NCBI GenBank assembly: GCA_963794355.1
Contig: CAWCDN010000010.1
Span: forward strand, 27,819-91,818
Source of the DNA: an uncultured Actinomycetota bacterium
GTDB lineage: Bacteria > Actinomycetota > Actinomycetes > Propionibacteriales > Nocardioidaceae
Length of the DNA stretch: 64,000 nucleotides
Reading direction: 5' to 3'
Shown piece after piece: positions 25,072-35,538 of the stretch; the first letter of the stretch is position 1, and each line of letters opens with the position of its first letter. A model generated the notes under the pieces. The model was not told where the DNA came from. It worked only from the letters and a program-made list of their open reading frames with translations, and searched no databases. The position numbers and the translations under genes were made by a program.

Positions 25072-25704
25072 TCAGTGCGGTGGTCGAGCAGGCTCGAGAC
25101 CGTCGATCAGGTCCAGGAACAGGCGATGGATGCGGCCGTCGCCGTCCACCTCCGGGTGGAACGAGGTCGCCATCAGCGATCCCTGCCGGACCGCGACGAT
25201 CCTACCGGCGGCGCCGGCGGGGGCTCCCGCGTCGTCGACCCGGGCCAGCACCTCGACCTCAGGGCCGGTGTCCTCCACCCACGGTGCGCGGATGAACACC
25301 GCGTGCACCGGCTCCTCGAGACCTGCGAAGGAGACGTCGCCCTCGAAGGAGTCCACCTGGCGCCCGAACGCGTTGCGGCGCACGGTGATGTCGAGGCCGC
25401 CCAGGGTCTCCTGGTCAGGGGTGCCGTCCTCGATCCGGTCGGCCAGCATGATCATCCCGGCGCAGGTGCCGAAGACCGGCAAGCCCTCCTTGATCCGTTG
25501 CCGGATCGGCTCGAACAGGTCGAAGGTGCGGGCGAGCTTGAACATGGTCGTGGACTCGCCGCCGGGGATGACGAGCCCGTCGCACGCGTCGAGCTCGGCC
25601 ACCCGTCGTACGCCGGTCGCGGTGGCGCCCAGCGACTCGAGCACGCGGAGGTGCTCGCGCACGTCGCCCTGGAGGGCGAAGACTCCGACGCGGTGGCTGG
25701 ACAC
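25072..25704 (-). CDS. pdxT: Pyridoxal 5'-phosphate synthase glutaminase subunit
   Basis: [36 protein letters not shown]; GTG start at 25704. Confidence 0.94.
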   Translation of the reverse strand: MSSHRVGVFALQGDVREHLRVLESLGATATGVRRVAELDACDGLVIPGGESTTMFKLARTFDLFEPIRQRIKEGLPVFGTCAGMIMLADRIEDGTPDQETLGGLDITVRRNAFGRQVDSFEGDVSFAGLEEPVHAVFIRAPWVEDTGPEVEVLARVDDAGAPAGAAGRIVAVRQGSLMATSFHPEVDGDGRIHRLFLDLIDGLEPARPPH

Positions 25705-25753
25705 GCCCTCGATCCTAGGACCGGGGCGTGGCGCCCGGAGACCCGCGGGTGGG

Positions 25754-26674
25754 CTACCAGCCGCGCTCGGCGAGCCGGTGCGGCTGGGGGATCTCGTCGA
25801 CGTTGATGCCGACCATCGCCTCGCCCAGCCCGCGGCTGACCTTGGCGACGACGTCGGGGTCGTCGTAGAACGTCGTGGCCTTGACGATCGCCTCGGCGCG
25901 CTCGGCGGGGTTGCCCGACTTGAAGATGCCGGAGCCGACGAACACACCCTCCGCGCCGAGCTGCATCATCATCGCGGCGTCCGCCGGGGTGGCGATGCCA
26001 CCGGCGGTGAACAGCACGACCGGCAGCGTGCCCGCGGCCGCGACCTCACGGACCAGGTCGTACGGCGCCTGCAGCTCCTTGGCCGCGACGTACAGCTCGT
26101 CCTCGCTGAGGCCGTGGAGGCGGCGGAGCTCGGCGCGGATCGTGCGCATGTGGGTGACGGCGTTGGAGACGTCGCCGGTGCCGGCCTCGCCCTTGGAGCG
26201 GATCATCGCCGCGCCCTCGGTGATGCGGCGCAGCGCCTCTCCCAGGTTGGTCGCGCCGCACACGAACGGCACGGTGAACTGCCACTTGTCGATGTGGTTC
26301 GCGTAGTCGGCCGGGGTCAGCACCTCGGACTCGTCGATGTAGTCGACCCCGAGGCTCTGGAGCACCTGCGCCTCGGCGAAGTGGCCGATCCGGGCCTTGG
26401 CCATCACCGGGATCGAGACGGTCTCGATGATGCCGTCGATCATGTCGGGGTCACTCATGCGTGAGACGCCGCCCTGGGCGCGGATGTCGGCGGGCACGCG
26501 CTCCAGCGCCATCACGGCGACGGCACCGGCGTCCTCGGCGATCTTCGCCTGCTCGGCGGTGACGACGTCCATGATCACGCCGCCCTTGAGCATCTCGGCC
26601 ATGCCGCGCTTGACGCGCGTGGTGCCGGTGCCGGGGCCGGACGTCGACGTGGTCTCGGTGGTGCTCTCAGCCAT
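25754..26674 (-). CDS. pdxS: Pyridoxal 5'-phosphate synthase lyase subunit
   Basis: [41 protein letters not shown]. Confidence 0.97.
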   Translation of the reverse strand: MAESTTETTSTSGPGTGTTRVKRGMAEMLKGGVIMDVVTAEQAKIAEDAGAVAVMALERVPADIRAQGGVSRMSDPDMIDGIIETVSIPVMAKARIGHFAEAQVLQSLGVDYIDESEVLTPADYANHIDKWQFTVPFVCGATNLGEALRRITEGAAMIRSKGEAGTGDVSNAVTHMRTIRAELRRLHGLSEDELYVAAKELQAPYDLVREVAAAGTLPVVLFTAGGIATPADAAMMMQLGAEGVFVGSGIFKSGNPAERAEAIVKATTFYDDPDVVAKVSRGLGEAMVGINVDEIPQPHRLAERGW

Positions 26675-26707
26675 GCCGCGATCTTACGGCGGGCGCCGGA
26701 TCCCGCC

Positions 26708-27349
26708 CTATTCGGTGGGCGGCGTGAGGCCGAGCGCCTGGGTGCGCACCACGAGGATCCGCTGCACGACCGTGATCGTGCTCGCCACCGCCAGGACCCC
26801 GAGCGCGATCGGGATCAGCCACATCACCCGGTCGTCGGCGCCGAGGAGGCGGAAGAGGTCGGCCAGCCCGGTGGCCGCGAGGATCAGGACGAGCCGGTCG
26901 GCGCGCTCGGCGATGCCGACCTTGGCCTGCATCCCGAGCGACTCCGCGCGGGCCCGGGCGTACGACGTGACCGAGCCCATCGACAGGCAGTAGATCGCCA
27001 GCCCGGCCCACCAGTCGTTGTCGCCGGGGCCGACGTAGTACATCGCCAGCCCACCGAAGATCGCCGCGTCGCCGATCCGGTCGAGGGTGGAGTCGAGGAA
27101 GGCGCCGAACGGCGAGATCTGACCGCTGGTGCGCGCCATGTAGCCGTCGATCATGTCGCTGAAGACGAACACCGAGATCACCAGCACGCCCGCGAACAGC
27201 CACCCCTGCGGGAAGCAGACGAGCGCGCCTGCGCAGACACCGAGGGTCCCGACGAGGGTCACCGTGTTGGGGCTGACGCCGAGTCGCAGCAGGAGGTCGC
27301 CGATCGGCGACCAGACCTTGGTCCAGAACTGACGGAAGCGTTCGAGCAT
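26708..27349 (-). CDS. pgsA: Phosphatidylinositol (phosphate) synthase, CDP-alcohol phosphatidyltransferase
   Basis: DMIDGYMAR...GAFLDSTLDR motif, SYARARAESLG; start set at MLERFRQ. Confidence 0.9.
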   Translation of the reverse strand: MLERFRQFWTKVWSPIGDLLLRLGVSPNTVTLVGTLGVCAGALVCFPQGWLFAGVLVISVFVFSDMIDGYMARTSGQISPFGAFLDSTLDRIGDAAIFGGLAMYYVGPGDNDWWAGLAIYCLSMGSVTSYARARAESLGMQAKVGIAERADRLVLILAATGLADLFRLLGADDRVMWLIPIALGVLAVASTITVVQRILVVRTQALGLTPPTE

Positions 27350-27466
27350 GGCGGCAGCAGGGTATCCACCACCACGACCCACGGCCGCATCCCGGTCCGG
27401 TCTGCGCGGTCGCAGGGCGTACGGTGGCGGCGCGGAGCCATTCAGGTTCCCGACGATGGAGCCAGC

Positions 27467-27598
27467 ATGAGCGACAAGTCGCCGCGGCAGGGAATGTCCA
27501 AGAAGTCCTCGAAGTCGATCAAGGAGAAGCGCGCCGAGAAGCGCGCCAAGGATCATCCCGAGACGCTCACCGAGCAGATCCACCCGAAGAAGCGGTGA
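27467..27598 (+). CDS. 43-aa Lys/Ser-rich small protein (not in ORF track)
   Basis: MSDKSPRQGMSKKSSKSIKEKRAEKRAKDHPETLTEQIHPKKR; GGAG upstream; high GC3; TGA overlaps next GTG. Confidence 0.7.
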   Translation: MSDKSPRQGMSKKSSKSIKEKRAEKRAKDHPETLTEQIHPKKR

Positions 27599-28734
27599 GC
27601 CTGCTGCGCCTGGGGGTCATCGGCCACTCCGCCAAGGAGAACGAGCACCGGCTGCCCCTCCATCCCGATCACCTGGCAGGGCTCGAGCCCGAGGTGGCGG
27701 CTCAGATCACCCTGGAGCACGGGTACGGCGAGAAGTTCGGCCGTTCCGACGCCGACCTGGCGACCCATGTCGGCGCGATCGCGTCGCGTGAGGAGATCCT
27801 CGAGCAGTCCGACGTGGTCCTGCTGCTCAAGCCCCTGCTCGAGGACGTCGAGTCGCTGCGGCACGGTCAGACCCTGTGGGGCTGGCCGCACTGCGTGCAG
27901 AACACCGCCCTCACCCAGGCCGCGATCGACCGCAGCCTCACCCTGGTCGCGTTCGAGGCGATGAACCACTGGACCCGCGACCAGGCCGTCGGACTGCACG
28001 TCTTCCACAAGAACAACGAGCTGGCGGGCTACTGCTCCGTCCTTCACGCCCTCCAGCTCATCGGGAGCACCGGCGACTACGGTCGTCGACTCACCGCCGT
28101 GGTGATCGGCTTCGGCGCCACGGCCCGCGGTGCCGTCACCGCACTCAGCGCCCAGGGCATCCACGACGTCGCAGTCCTGACGACCCGTGGCGTGGCTGCG
28201 GTGGCCTCGCCGATCCATTCGGTGCGGATCGTGCAGTTCGACCACGAACCCGACGGCGGTCCGAGCCATGTCATCACGAGCCGGGGTCGGCTGCCCCTCG
28301 CCCCCTACCTGGCCGAGCACGACATCGTCGTCAACTGCACGCTTCAGGACCCTGCTGCTCCCTTGATCTACCTCCGCGGCCCCGACCTCTCGGCGTTCCG
28401 GCCCGGCAGCCTGGTCGTCGACGTCTCGTGCGACGAGGGGATGGGCTTCGACTGGGCACGCCCCACGTCGTTCGAGGATCCGATGTTCGACGTGGGCGAC
28501 CACGTCCACTACTACGCCGTCGACCACACGCCGTCGTACCTCTGGAACTCCGCGACGTGGGACATCAGCGAGGCCCTGATCCCGTTCCTGCGTCCGCTCC
28601 TCGAAGGCCCCGAAGCATGGGAGATGGACGAGACCCTCAGCCGGGCCATCGAGATCCAGGACGGTCGGGTGAGGAACGCTGCGATCCTCGACTTCCAGCA
28701 CCGCAGCGAGGAGTACCCCTACCCGGTGGGCTGA
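27595..28734 (+). CDS. N5-(carboxyethyl)ornithine synthase-like protein (alanine dehydrogenase/PNT family)
   Basis: KENEHRLPLHP, LEHGYG, GWPH, Rossmann VIGFGATARG, VDVSCDEG, YAVDHTPS. Confidence 0.78.
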   Translation: MSLLRLGVIGHSAKENEHRLPLHPDHLAGLEPEVAAQITLEHGYGEKFGRSDADLATHVGAIASREEILEQSDVVLLLKPLLEDVESLRHGQTLWGWPHCVQNTALTQAAIDRSLTLVAFEAMNHWTRDQAVGLHVFHKNNELAGYCSVLHALQLIGSTGDYGRRLTAVVIGFGATARGAVTALSAQGIHDVAVLTTRGVAAVASPIHSVRIVQFDHEPDGGPSHVITSRGRLPLAPYLAEHDIVVNCTLQDPAAPLIYLRGPDLSAFRPGSLVVDVSCDEGMGFDWARPTSFEDPMFDVGDHVHYYAVDHTPSYLWNSATWDISEALIPFLRPLLEGPEAWEMDETLSRAIEIQDGRVRNAAILDFQHRSEEYPYPVG

Positions 28735-29507
28735 GGGCCGCTACCCCCTGCGAGGGCGGCGCAGACCTCCGCGACCGCCGTCGGGGCGCCCGACACCGAC
28801 CACTCCACGCCTCCAGCCGTCATCCGGCGCGCGGCTCCGCCGACGCCGCGGACGATCGCGGAGCCGGGGTACCAGTCCCAGTCGGGCACGCTGTGCTGGA
28901 AGAGCACGTCCATCTGTCCCTGCGCGACCGCCATCTGGTCCATGGTCCCCGAACCGAGCATCCGCAGCGTGGCCACGCCGGAGACGGCGCGCACGAACGC
29001 CGCACCGACCTCGCCGTCGTAGAACGGCGGGTGGAGGTACGTCGATGCGCAGGACTCCGCCAGCGTGCGGTCCTCCAGGCGAGGCAGGGGTACGCCGTTC
29101 CGCGTCGACGGCAGCGCCGGCCCACCGACGTACGACGCATCGTCGTGCGGGTGGTGGACGGCACCGAGGACGACGTCGTCCGGGCCGCGCAGGGCGAGTG
29201 CCGAGCACCACCAGGTCAGCCCACGGACGAAGTTGAAGGTCCCGTCCACGGGGTCGATCACCCACGAGCGCCCGCTGCTGCCCGGCCGGTCCGTGCCCTC
29301 CTCGCCGACGACCGAGTCGTCCGGCCGCTCGCGGGCGAGCCGGTCGGTGATCAGCTGCTCCGCCGCGCGGTCGGCGGCCGTGACGACGTCGCTGACCGAC
29401 GTCTTGTGGTGGGTCGTGAGCCCGTCGGCGCGCATCCGGGCCGCCAGCCGACCGGCGTCGCGGACCAGGCTCACGGCCAGCGCGGCGTCGTCGGCCAGGT
29501 CGGTCAC
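28719..29507 (-). CDS. Inositol monophosphatase family protein
   Basis: VTAADRAAE, VGEEG, WVIDPVDGTFNF; GTG start overlapping HIT stop. Confidence 0.9.
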   Translation of the reverse strand: MTDLADDAALAVSLVRDAGRLAARMRADGLTTHHKTSVSDVVTAADRAAEQLITDRLARERPDDSVVGEEGTDRPGSSGRSWVIDPVDGTFNFVRGLTWWCSALALRGPDDVVLGAVHHPHDDASYVGGPALPSTRNGVPLPRLEDRTLAESCASTYLHPPFYDGEVGAAFVRAVSGVATLRMLGSGTMDQMAVAQGQMDVLFQHSVPDWDWYPGSAIVRGVGGAARRMTAGGVEWSVSGAPTAVAEVCAALAGGSGPQPTG

Positions 29508-30046
29508 GTCCACGCGCCGGCCAGGAGCTCGCGGGTCTCCTGGAGCAGCTGCGGCAGCGTCTTGGTCTGGCCGATGACCGGCATGAAGTTCTGGTCGCCG
29601 ACCCACCGCGGTACGACGTGCTGGTGGAGGTGGTGCGCGATGCCCGCACCGCCGGCTGCGCCCTGGTTCATCCCCACGTTGAAGCCCTCCGCGTTCGACA
29701 CCGACCGCAGCACCCGCATCGCGGTCTTGGTCAGCCCGCTCATCTCCTCGGTCTCGTCGGCCGTGGTGTCGGTGTAGTCGGCGATGTGGCGGTAGGGGCA
29801 GACCATCAGGTGTCCCGGCGCGTAGGGGTAGAGGTTGAGCACCGCGTACGCCAGCTCGCCACGTCGTACAACGAGACCGGCGGCGTCGTCGCCGAGCTTC
29901 GGGATCCGGCAGAACGGGCACTCCCCCGCCGAGTCGTCCGCCGGCTTGTTCTCGCCGCGCAGGTAGGCGATCCGGTACGGCGTCCAGAGCCGCTCGAGGC
30001 CGTCCGGCACGCCGATGCCGTCCTGGTGCAGCGGGTCGTCGGGCAT
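29504..30046 (-). CDS. HIT family nucleotide hydrolase (Ap4A phosphorylase-like)
   Basis: CPFC, NLYPYAPGH, HLHQH triad; thrS-HIT-pgsA synteny. Confidence 0.92.
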   Translation of the reverse strand: MPDDPLHQDGIGVPDGLERLWTPYRIAYLRGENKPADDSAGECPFCRIPKLGDDAAGLVVRRGELAYAVLNLYPYAPGHLMVCPYRHIADYTDTTADETEEMSGLTKTAMRVLRSVSNAEGFNVGMNQGAAGGAGIAHHLHQHVVPRWVGDQNFMPVIGQTKTLPQLLQETRELLAGAWT

Positions 30047-30096
30047 GGCGCCACTGTAGGAGGCGGTCCGTTCGCCGGTGCCCCTAGGCTCGCCGC

Positions 30097-30591
30097 GTGA
30101 CCGACCCGATCCTGAGACCCGCGACCGCCGACGACGTGGAGGCGGTCACCGCGATCTTCCACGACGGCTGGCACGACGTTCATCCCGGCCGGGTGCCTGA
30201 CGGGTTGACCCAACGACGCACGCCGGAGGCGTTCCACGACCGGGTCTCGCGACGGATCGCCGAGACCGACGAGACCACCGTGGCCGAGGTGGACGGCACG
30301 GTGGCCGGCTTCATCATGGTCAACGACGAGGGCGAGGCCGAGCAGGTCTACGTCGACCGCACCTTCCGCGGCACCACCGTGGCGACGCTGCTGCTCACCG
30401 AGGCCGAGCGACAGATCGCGGCGGCCGGGCACGACGTCGCGTTCCTCGTCGTGGTTCGCGGCAACGACCGCGCGCAGGCCTTCTACGCGCGGCAGGGCTG
30501 GACCGACGAGGGCGACTACGACTACCCCGTGCAGGCCCTCGGCGAGGACTTCATCTCGCCCTGCCGGAAGTACACCAAGCGCGTGCGCTGA
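30097..30591 (+). CDS. GNAT family N-acetyltransferase
   Basis: YVDRTFRGT acetyl-CoA loop, NDRAQAFYARQGW. Confidence 0.87.
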   Translation: MTDPILRPATADDVEAVTAIFHDGWHDVHPGRVPDGLTQRRTPEAFHDRVSRRIAETDETTVAEVDGTVAGFIMVNDEGEAEQVYVDRTFRGTTVATLLLTEAERQIAAAGHDVAFLVVVRGNDRAQAFYARQGWTDEGDYDYPVQALGEDFISPCRKYTKRVR

Positions 30592-30592
30592 C

Positions 30593-32575
30593 TCAGACCT
30601 GCTCGCGCGAGGCGACCGCCGCGGCGACGCGCTCGATGGCCTCCTCGATCGGCACGCCGTTGTCCTGGCGCCCGTCGCGGTAGCGGAACGAGACCGCGCC
30701 CTCCTCGACGTCGCGGTCGCCCGCGATCACCATGAAGGGCACCTTCTGCAGCTGCGCGTTGCGGATCTTCTTCTGCATCCGGTCGTCGGACTCGTCGACC
30801 TCGACCCGGATCCCGCGCGCCTGCATCCGCCTCGCCACGTCGTACAGGTAGTCGTGGTGGCGCTCGGCGATCGGGATGCCCTGCACCTGCACCGGCGACA
30901 GCCAGGGCGGGAACGCGCCGGCGTAGTGCTCGACGAGGACGCCGATGAACCGCTCGATCGAGCCGAACTTGGCGGAGTGGATCATCACCGGCTGCTGCTT
31001 GGAGCCGTCGGGCGCGGTGTACTCCAGGCCGAAGCCGGCCGGCTGCCCGAAGTCGTACTGCACCGTCGACAGCTGCCAGGTGCGGCCGATCGCGTCCTTG
31101 GCCTGGATGGAGATCTTCGGCCCGTAGAACGCCGCCCCGCCGGGGTCGTCGACGAGATCGAGACCGGACTCGTCGGCCGCCTGCTGGAGCACGGCGGTCG
31201 CGGTCGCCCAGTCGTGGTCGGAGCCCTGGAACTTGTCGGCGTTCTTGTCGTCGCGGGTCGACAGCTCGAGGTAGAAGTCCTCGAGCCCGAAGTCGCGGAA
31301 GAGCCCGAGGCAGAAGTTCAGCAGGTGCTTGATCTCCTCGGAGGCCTGCTCGGGGGTGACGTAGGAGTGCGAGTCGTCCTGGGTCATCCCCCGCACTCGG
31401 GTGAGACCACCGACGACGCCGGACTTCTCGTAGCGGTAGACGCCGCCGAACTCGAAGAGCCGCAGCGGCAGCTCGCGGTAGGAGCGGCCCCGCGACTGGT
31501 AGATCAAGTTGTGCATCGGGCAGCTCATCGCCTTGAGCTGGTACTTCGCGCCCTCGAGCTCTATCGGCGGGTACATCGTGTCGGCGTAGTACGGCAGGTG
31601 CCCGGAGGTGTGGAACAGGCCGTCCTTGGAGATGTGCGGCGTGCTGACGTAGGAGAAGCCCTCCTCCATGTGTCGCTGCCGCACGTAGTCCTCCATCACC
31701 CGGCGGATCACGCCGCCCTTGGGGTGGAAGACGACGAGACCGGGGCCGAGCTCCTCGGGGAAGGAGTAGAGGTCGAGCTCGCGACCGAGCTTGCGGTGGT
31801 CGCGCTTCTCGGCCTCCTCGAGCTGGTGGAGGTGCTCGGCGAGCGCCTCCTTGCTCTCCCACGCGGTGCCGTAGATCCGCTGGAGCTGCTTGTTCTTCTC
31901 GTTGCCGCGCCAGTACGCCGCGGCGGTGCGCATCAGCTTGAACGCCGGGATCCGCTTGGTGGTCGGCAGGTGAGGCCCGCGGCACAGGTCCTTCCACGCC
32001 AGCGCGCCGTCGCGGCGCAGGTTGTCGTAGATGGTGAGCCCGCCGGCCCCGACCTCGACGTCCGCGCCCTCGGCCGCCTCGCCGGAGCCGCCCTTGAGCC
32101 CGATCAGCTCGATCTTGTAGGGCTCGTCCTGCAGCTCGTCGAGCGCCTCCGAGTCGGTCACCTCGCGTCGGCTGAAGCGCTGGCCCTCCTTGATGATCTT
32201 GCGCATCGCGGTCTCGATCCTGTCGAGGTCCTCGGGGACGAACGGGGTCTCGACGTCGAAGTCGTAGTAGAAGCCGTTCTCGATCGGGGGACCGATCCCG
32301 AGCCGCGCCTCGGGCCACAGCTGCTGCACCGCCTGCGCCATCACGTGGGCGGTCGAGTGCCGCAGGATGTCGTGGCCGTCCGCACTGTCGATCGCCACGC
32401 CTTCGACCTCGTCGCCGTCCTGGAGCTCGTAGGCGAGATCGCGTAGGTCACCACCGACGCGCGCCGCGATCACGGTGGGGTCGTCGGCGTACAGCTCCCA
32501 GGCCTTGGTGCCCGACGTGACCGCCCGCTCCTCACGCTCGTCGGCGTGGGTGAGGACGATCTTCAGGTCGGGCAC
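30593..32575 (-). CDS. thrS: Threonine--tRNA ligase
   Basis: [39 protein letters not shown]. Confidence 0.97.
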   Translation of the reverse strand: MPDLKIVLTHADEREERAVTSGTKAWELYADDPTVIAARVGGDLRDLAYELQDGDEVEGVAIDSADGHDILRHSTAHVMAQAVQQLWPEARLGIGPPIENGFYYDFDVETPFVPEDLDRIETAMRKIIKEGQRFSRREVTDSEALDELQDEPYKIELIGLKGGSGEAAEGADVEVGAGGLTIYDNLRRDGALAWKDLCRGPHLPTTKRIPAFKLMRTAAAYWRGNEKNKQLQRIYGTAWESKEALAEHLHQLEEAEKRDHRKLGRELDLYSFPEELGPGLVVFHPKGGVIRRVMEDYVRQRHMEEGFSYVSTPHISKDGLFHTSGHLPYYADTMYPPIELEGAKYQLKAMSCPMHNLIYQSRGRSYRELPLRLFEFGGVYRYEKSGVVGGLTRVRGMTQDDSHSYVTPEQASEEIKHLLNFCLGLFRDFGLEDFYLELSTRDDKNADKFQGSDHDWATATAVLQQAADESGLDLVDDPGGAAFYGPKISIQAKDAIGRTWQLSTVQYDFGQPAGFGLEYTAPDGSKQQPVMIHSAKFGSIERFIGVLVEHYAGAFPPWLSPVQVQGIPIAERHHDYLYDVARRMQARGIRVEVDESDDRMQKKIRNAQLQKVPFMVIAGDRDVEEGAVSFRYRDGRQDNGVPIEEAIERVAAAVASREQV

Positions 32576-32685
32576 GACTGCTCCTGGTGAGGACGGGAGT
32601 GGGACGCGGCCGATGGTATCGAGAGAGACCGGCGGGCTTCGCGGGGATTACTACGGCGTCAGGTCTCACAGTGTTTACTCGTGCC

Positions 32686-34653
32686 GTGCCGACGCGTTCC
32701 TCCGAGATCGAACCGTCGTCCGAGCCGGTGGCTCGCGACGGCTCGAGCGGTGCGCCGTCACGCTCCCGCGGCCCTCGCGTACGGCGTCGCAGGACCCTGC
32801 TGATCCTGCTCCTGCTGGCGGTGGCGCTGGTCGCCGGCCTCGCCCTGCTCGCCCTCCCGCTGCTGCATGCGCGCAGCGAGGCGAAAGCTGCCGAGGCAGA
32901 CCTGTCGGAGGCACGGACCGCGCTGTCGGCACACAAGATCGGCGCTGCCCGGGCCTCCATCGCCAGCGCCCAGTCGGAGGTCGATGCGGCCCAGCAGCAC
33001 GCGAACGGGTTCGGGTCGGACGTGTGGAGCCACGTGCCGCTGTTCGGCAGTGCCGTCTCCGACGCCCGCCACCTCGTGGACGCCCTCGACGAGGCGACCC
33101 AGGTCGGTGCGCTCGGCACCGACGCCTACGCAGGCGCGATCGGGCCCGACAGCAAGCTCGTCACCGGCAACAGCGTCGACCTGCCGGCGCTCGAGAAGCT
33201 GTCCGCCACCGTCTCGAGCATCGGCCCCCATCTCGACTCCGCCCAGGCCGACGTCGACGCGATCACGGGCAACGCGCCGTTCCTCGGCTCCAAGATCACC
33301 AGCCTGCGTGACGAGGCGAGCACCCAGCTGACCTCCGCGCAGACGTCGTACGACACCTATCAGCCGCTGCTCGACCAGCTTCCCGCCGTGCTCGGCGCGG
33401 ACGGGCCGCGTCAGTACCTCGTCGCGATGATGAACCCGGCGGAGCAGCGCTTCTCCGGCGGCGCGACGCTCACGATGTCGCTGCTCCACTTCTCCGACGG
33501 CAAGGTCTCGTTCGGCAAGAGCTACACCGTCGCCGAGATCGACGCCCTGCAGCCCTACCTCCGCTGGCCGCGCGTGCAGGGGAACGTGCTGCTGGCCAAC
33601 CGTCCCCGCCGCCTCACCGCGGCGACCTTCTCGCCGTGGTGGCAGGTCTCGGGCGAGGAGCTCGGCCGCGCCTGGCAGGCCCGGACCGGGCAACGGGTCG
33701 ACGGCGTCTTCGCCATCGACCTCCAGGCCCTGGCCGGGATCTTCTCGCTGACCGGGCCGATCGAGGTTCCGGGGTACGGCCAGCTCAACGCCGGCAACCT
33801 GGTGAGCACCCTGGCCGGGAGCTACGACCAGTTCCAGGACCCCGCGCAACGACACCGGCTGAACCTCGCGATCATCCCGGCATTCCGGGAGCGGTTCCTG
33901 ACCGGCGGCAAGTTCGTCCAGAAGGGCCAGCTGCTCGTCTCACAGGCACAGGCACGCCACGCGGCGCTCTACTTCCGCGACGACCAGGCCGAGCAGGCGT
34001 TCTCCGCCATCGGCTTCAGCGGCAACCTGTCGGCCACCTCCCAGGACTACATCGGCGTCTTCAGCCAGAACCTCAACGGCAGCAAGACCGACTACTGGCA
34101 GCACCGCGAGATCACCTCGAAGGTCGCCCTGCGCGAGGACGGGAGCGCCAAGGTCAGGCTCGGCGTCGGGGTCTCCAACCTCTCGCCGCCGTACACGCTG
34201 CCGGTGCCGGACCCACAGTCCGGCTACTCCACGCGCTACCTCGGCGCTCTCCTCGGCATCTTCCTGCCGCACGCCGCGACGATGGGACCCGTGACGGCCG
34301 ACGGCGCGCCGTACACCCCGAGGATCCACCGGACCCGGGTCCACCACGTGGTGAACCGCACGTACTTCGTCTACTCCACGATGCTCGCTCGCAACGCGAC
34401 CGCGCAGCTCCAGGCCCACTACACCGTGCCCACGGCCGCCGAGGTGACCAGCGACCGCACGATGACCTACCGGCTCGACGTCGACCCGCAGGACCTCGTG
34501 GACCCTGAGATGCTCGCGGTGTCGGTGACCTTCCCACCGGGCTGGACGGCGACCGCGTTGCCGGACGGCTGGAAGGCGACCGCGCACGGCGCGAGCTGGA
34601 AGGGGCCGGTGCCGACCGCCCTGCGGTTCGAGATCCCGCTCCAGAAGTCCTGA
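32686..34653 (+). CDS. DUF4012 domain-containing membrane-anchored protein (start uncertain, 32587-32686)
   Basis: N-terminal TM, helical region, YLVAMMNPAEQRFSGG, VDGVFAIDL, NLNGSKTDYW motifs. Confidence 0.8.
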   Translation: MPTRSSEIEPSSEPVARDGSSGAPSRSRGPRVRRRRTLLILLLLAVALVAGLALLALPLLHARSEAKAAEADLSEARTALSAHKIGAARASIASAQSEVDAAQQHANGFGSDVWSHVPLFGSAVSDARHLVDALDEATQVGALGTDAYAGAIGPDSKLVTGNSVDLPALEKLSATVSSIGPHLDSAQADVDAITGNAPFLGSKITSLRDEASTQLTSAQTSYDTYQPLLDQLPAVLGADGPRQYLVAMMNPAEQRFSGGATLTMSLLHFSDGKVSFGKSYTVAEIDALQPYLRWPRVQGNVLLANRPRRLTAATFSPWWQVSGEELGRAWQARTGQRVDGVFAIDLQALAGIFSLTGPIEVPGYGQLNAGNLVSTLAGSYDQFQDPAQRHRLNLAIIPAFRERFLTGGKFVQKGQLLVSQAQARHAALYFRDDQAEQAFSAIGFSGNLSATSQDYIGVFSQNLNGSKTDYWQHREITSKVALREDGSAKVRLGVGVSNLSPPYTLPVPDPQSGYSTRYLGALLGIFLPHAATMGPVTADGAPYTPRIHRTRVHHVVNRTYFVYSTMLARNATAQLQAHYTVPTAAEVTSDRTMTYRLDVDPQDLVDPEMLAVSVTFPPGWTATALPDGWKATAHGASWKGPVPTALRFEIPLQKS

Positions 34654-34662
34654 CCGCTGGGC

Positions 34663-34698
34663 GATGCCCGTCGGTGTCTCGGGCAGCCGACGGGCATC
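34663..34698 (+). terminator. Stem-loop after DUF4012 gene
   Basis: Perfect 12-bp inverted repeat GATGCCCGTCGG/CCGACGGGCATC, 10 bp after the stop; no U-tract. Confidence 0.65.
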
Positions 34699-35538
34699 TG
34701 CACCCATGCTAGGCGTCCCGTGGGTCTACGACGTGGGCCGTTCTGCCTCCCCCGGTGTCCCGCGGGCGGGCAGACATGGGGGAACGGCCCGCCGCGGGAC
34801 CCGATCACGGGGCGGTGATGGCCCGTAGAACCCCCGCGATGCTCGCAACGCTAGGACGTGGACCTTGGGAAAGGCTTTGGTTCCTGCGACTGCGCCCCAC
34901 CTCGGGGAAGGCGGGGCGCAGCCCTTACTGGCGCGCTCACCGCCCGACCATGGCACCGCCCGAGCGGTTCAGCGCGGAGCCCCGGTCGACGTCAGGCCGA
35001 GACCCTTCCATCGAAGGTAGGCCGGGTCAGGCAGGTTCGTCACACCCGAACCGGTGAGACGGCAGGCGGCGCCTCCTGCTGGAGCGCCCGGCCGCTCACC
35101 ATCCCCCCACGGCGAGCGACCGGGCGATAGGTCGTCGGGACTGCCGACGAACCTTCCGCGGAAAGGTAAAGGCCGAGCGGCTCCCGCTGGTACACCCGCG
35201 TGGGTGGGAAGGTGAGGTGACCAGCCATGCCGAGCAGTGTGGCGGGCGAGCCACGCGCCCTGCATGCGGAGTGAGCGACGCTGGTCATCGTCGAACACGC
35301 CGCGTCGCCCGCCACCCCGTCTCCCGAGGACTTCCAACGCCATGCGCGATGCCACCAACCGGTCACATCCCCACGGCTGGGGTACTGGTGACGTGGGCGC
35401 GCCCCACGCGGCATGGGGGAACAGCGTGGGGCGCTGAGCCCAGACGAGAGTTGGGGGTTCATCGGGGCCTCCTCGGACGGTAGAGCCCCACGAGGTCAGT
35501 CGCCTTCCCCAAATGAGGGTGGGATTCCAAGGTCTCTC

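Noticed and set aside
34658-34665. TGGGCGAT as the second att copy of the tRNA-Val 3' end
   Set aside because: Only 8 bp match, and it overlaps the DUF4012 terminator stem; too short to support.
34700-35500. Group II intron fragment, 6C RNA, or track ORFs 34969-35679 and 35040-35462 as genes
   Set aside because: No domain V motif; hairpins are too far apart for the 6C tandem arrangement; the ORFs lack codon bias and recognisable motifs.
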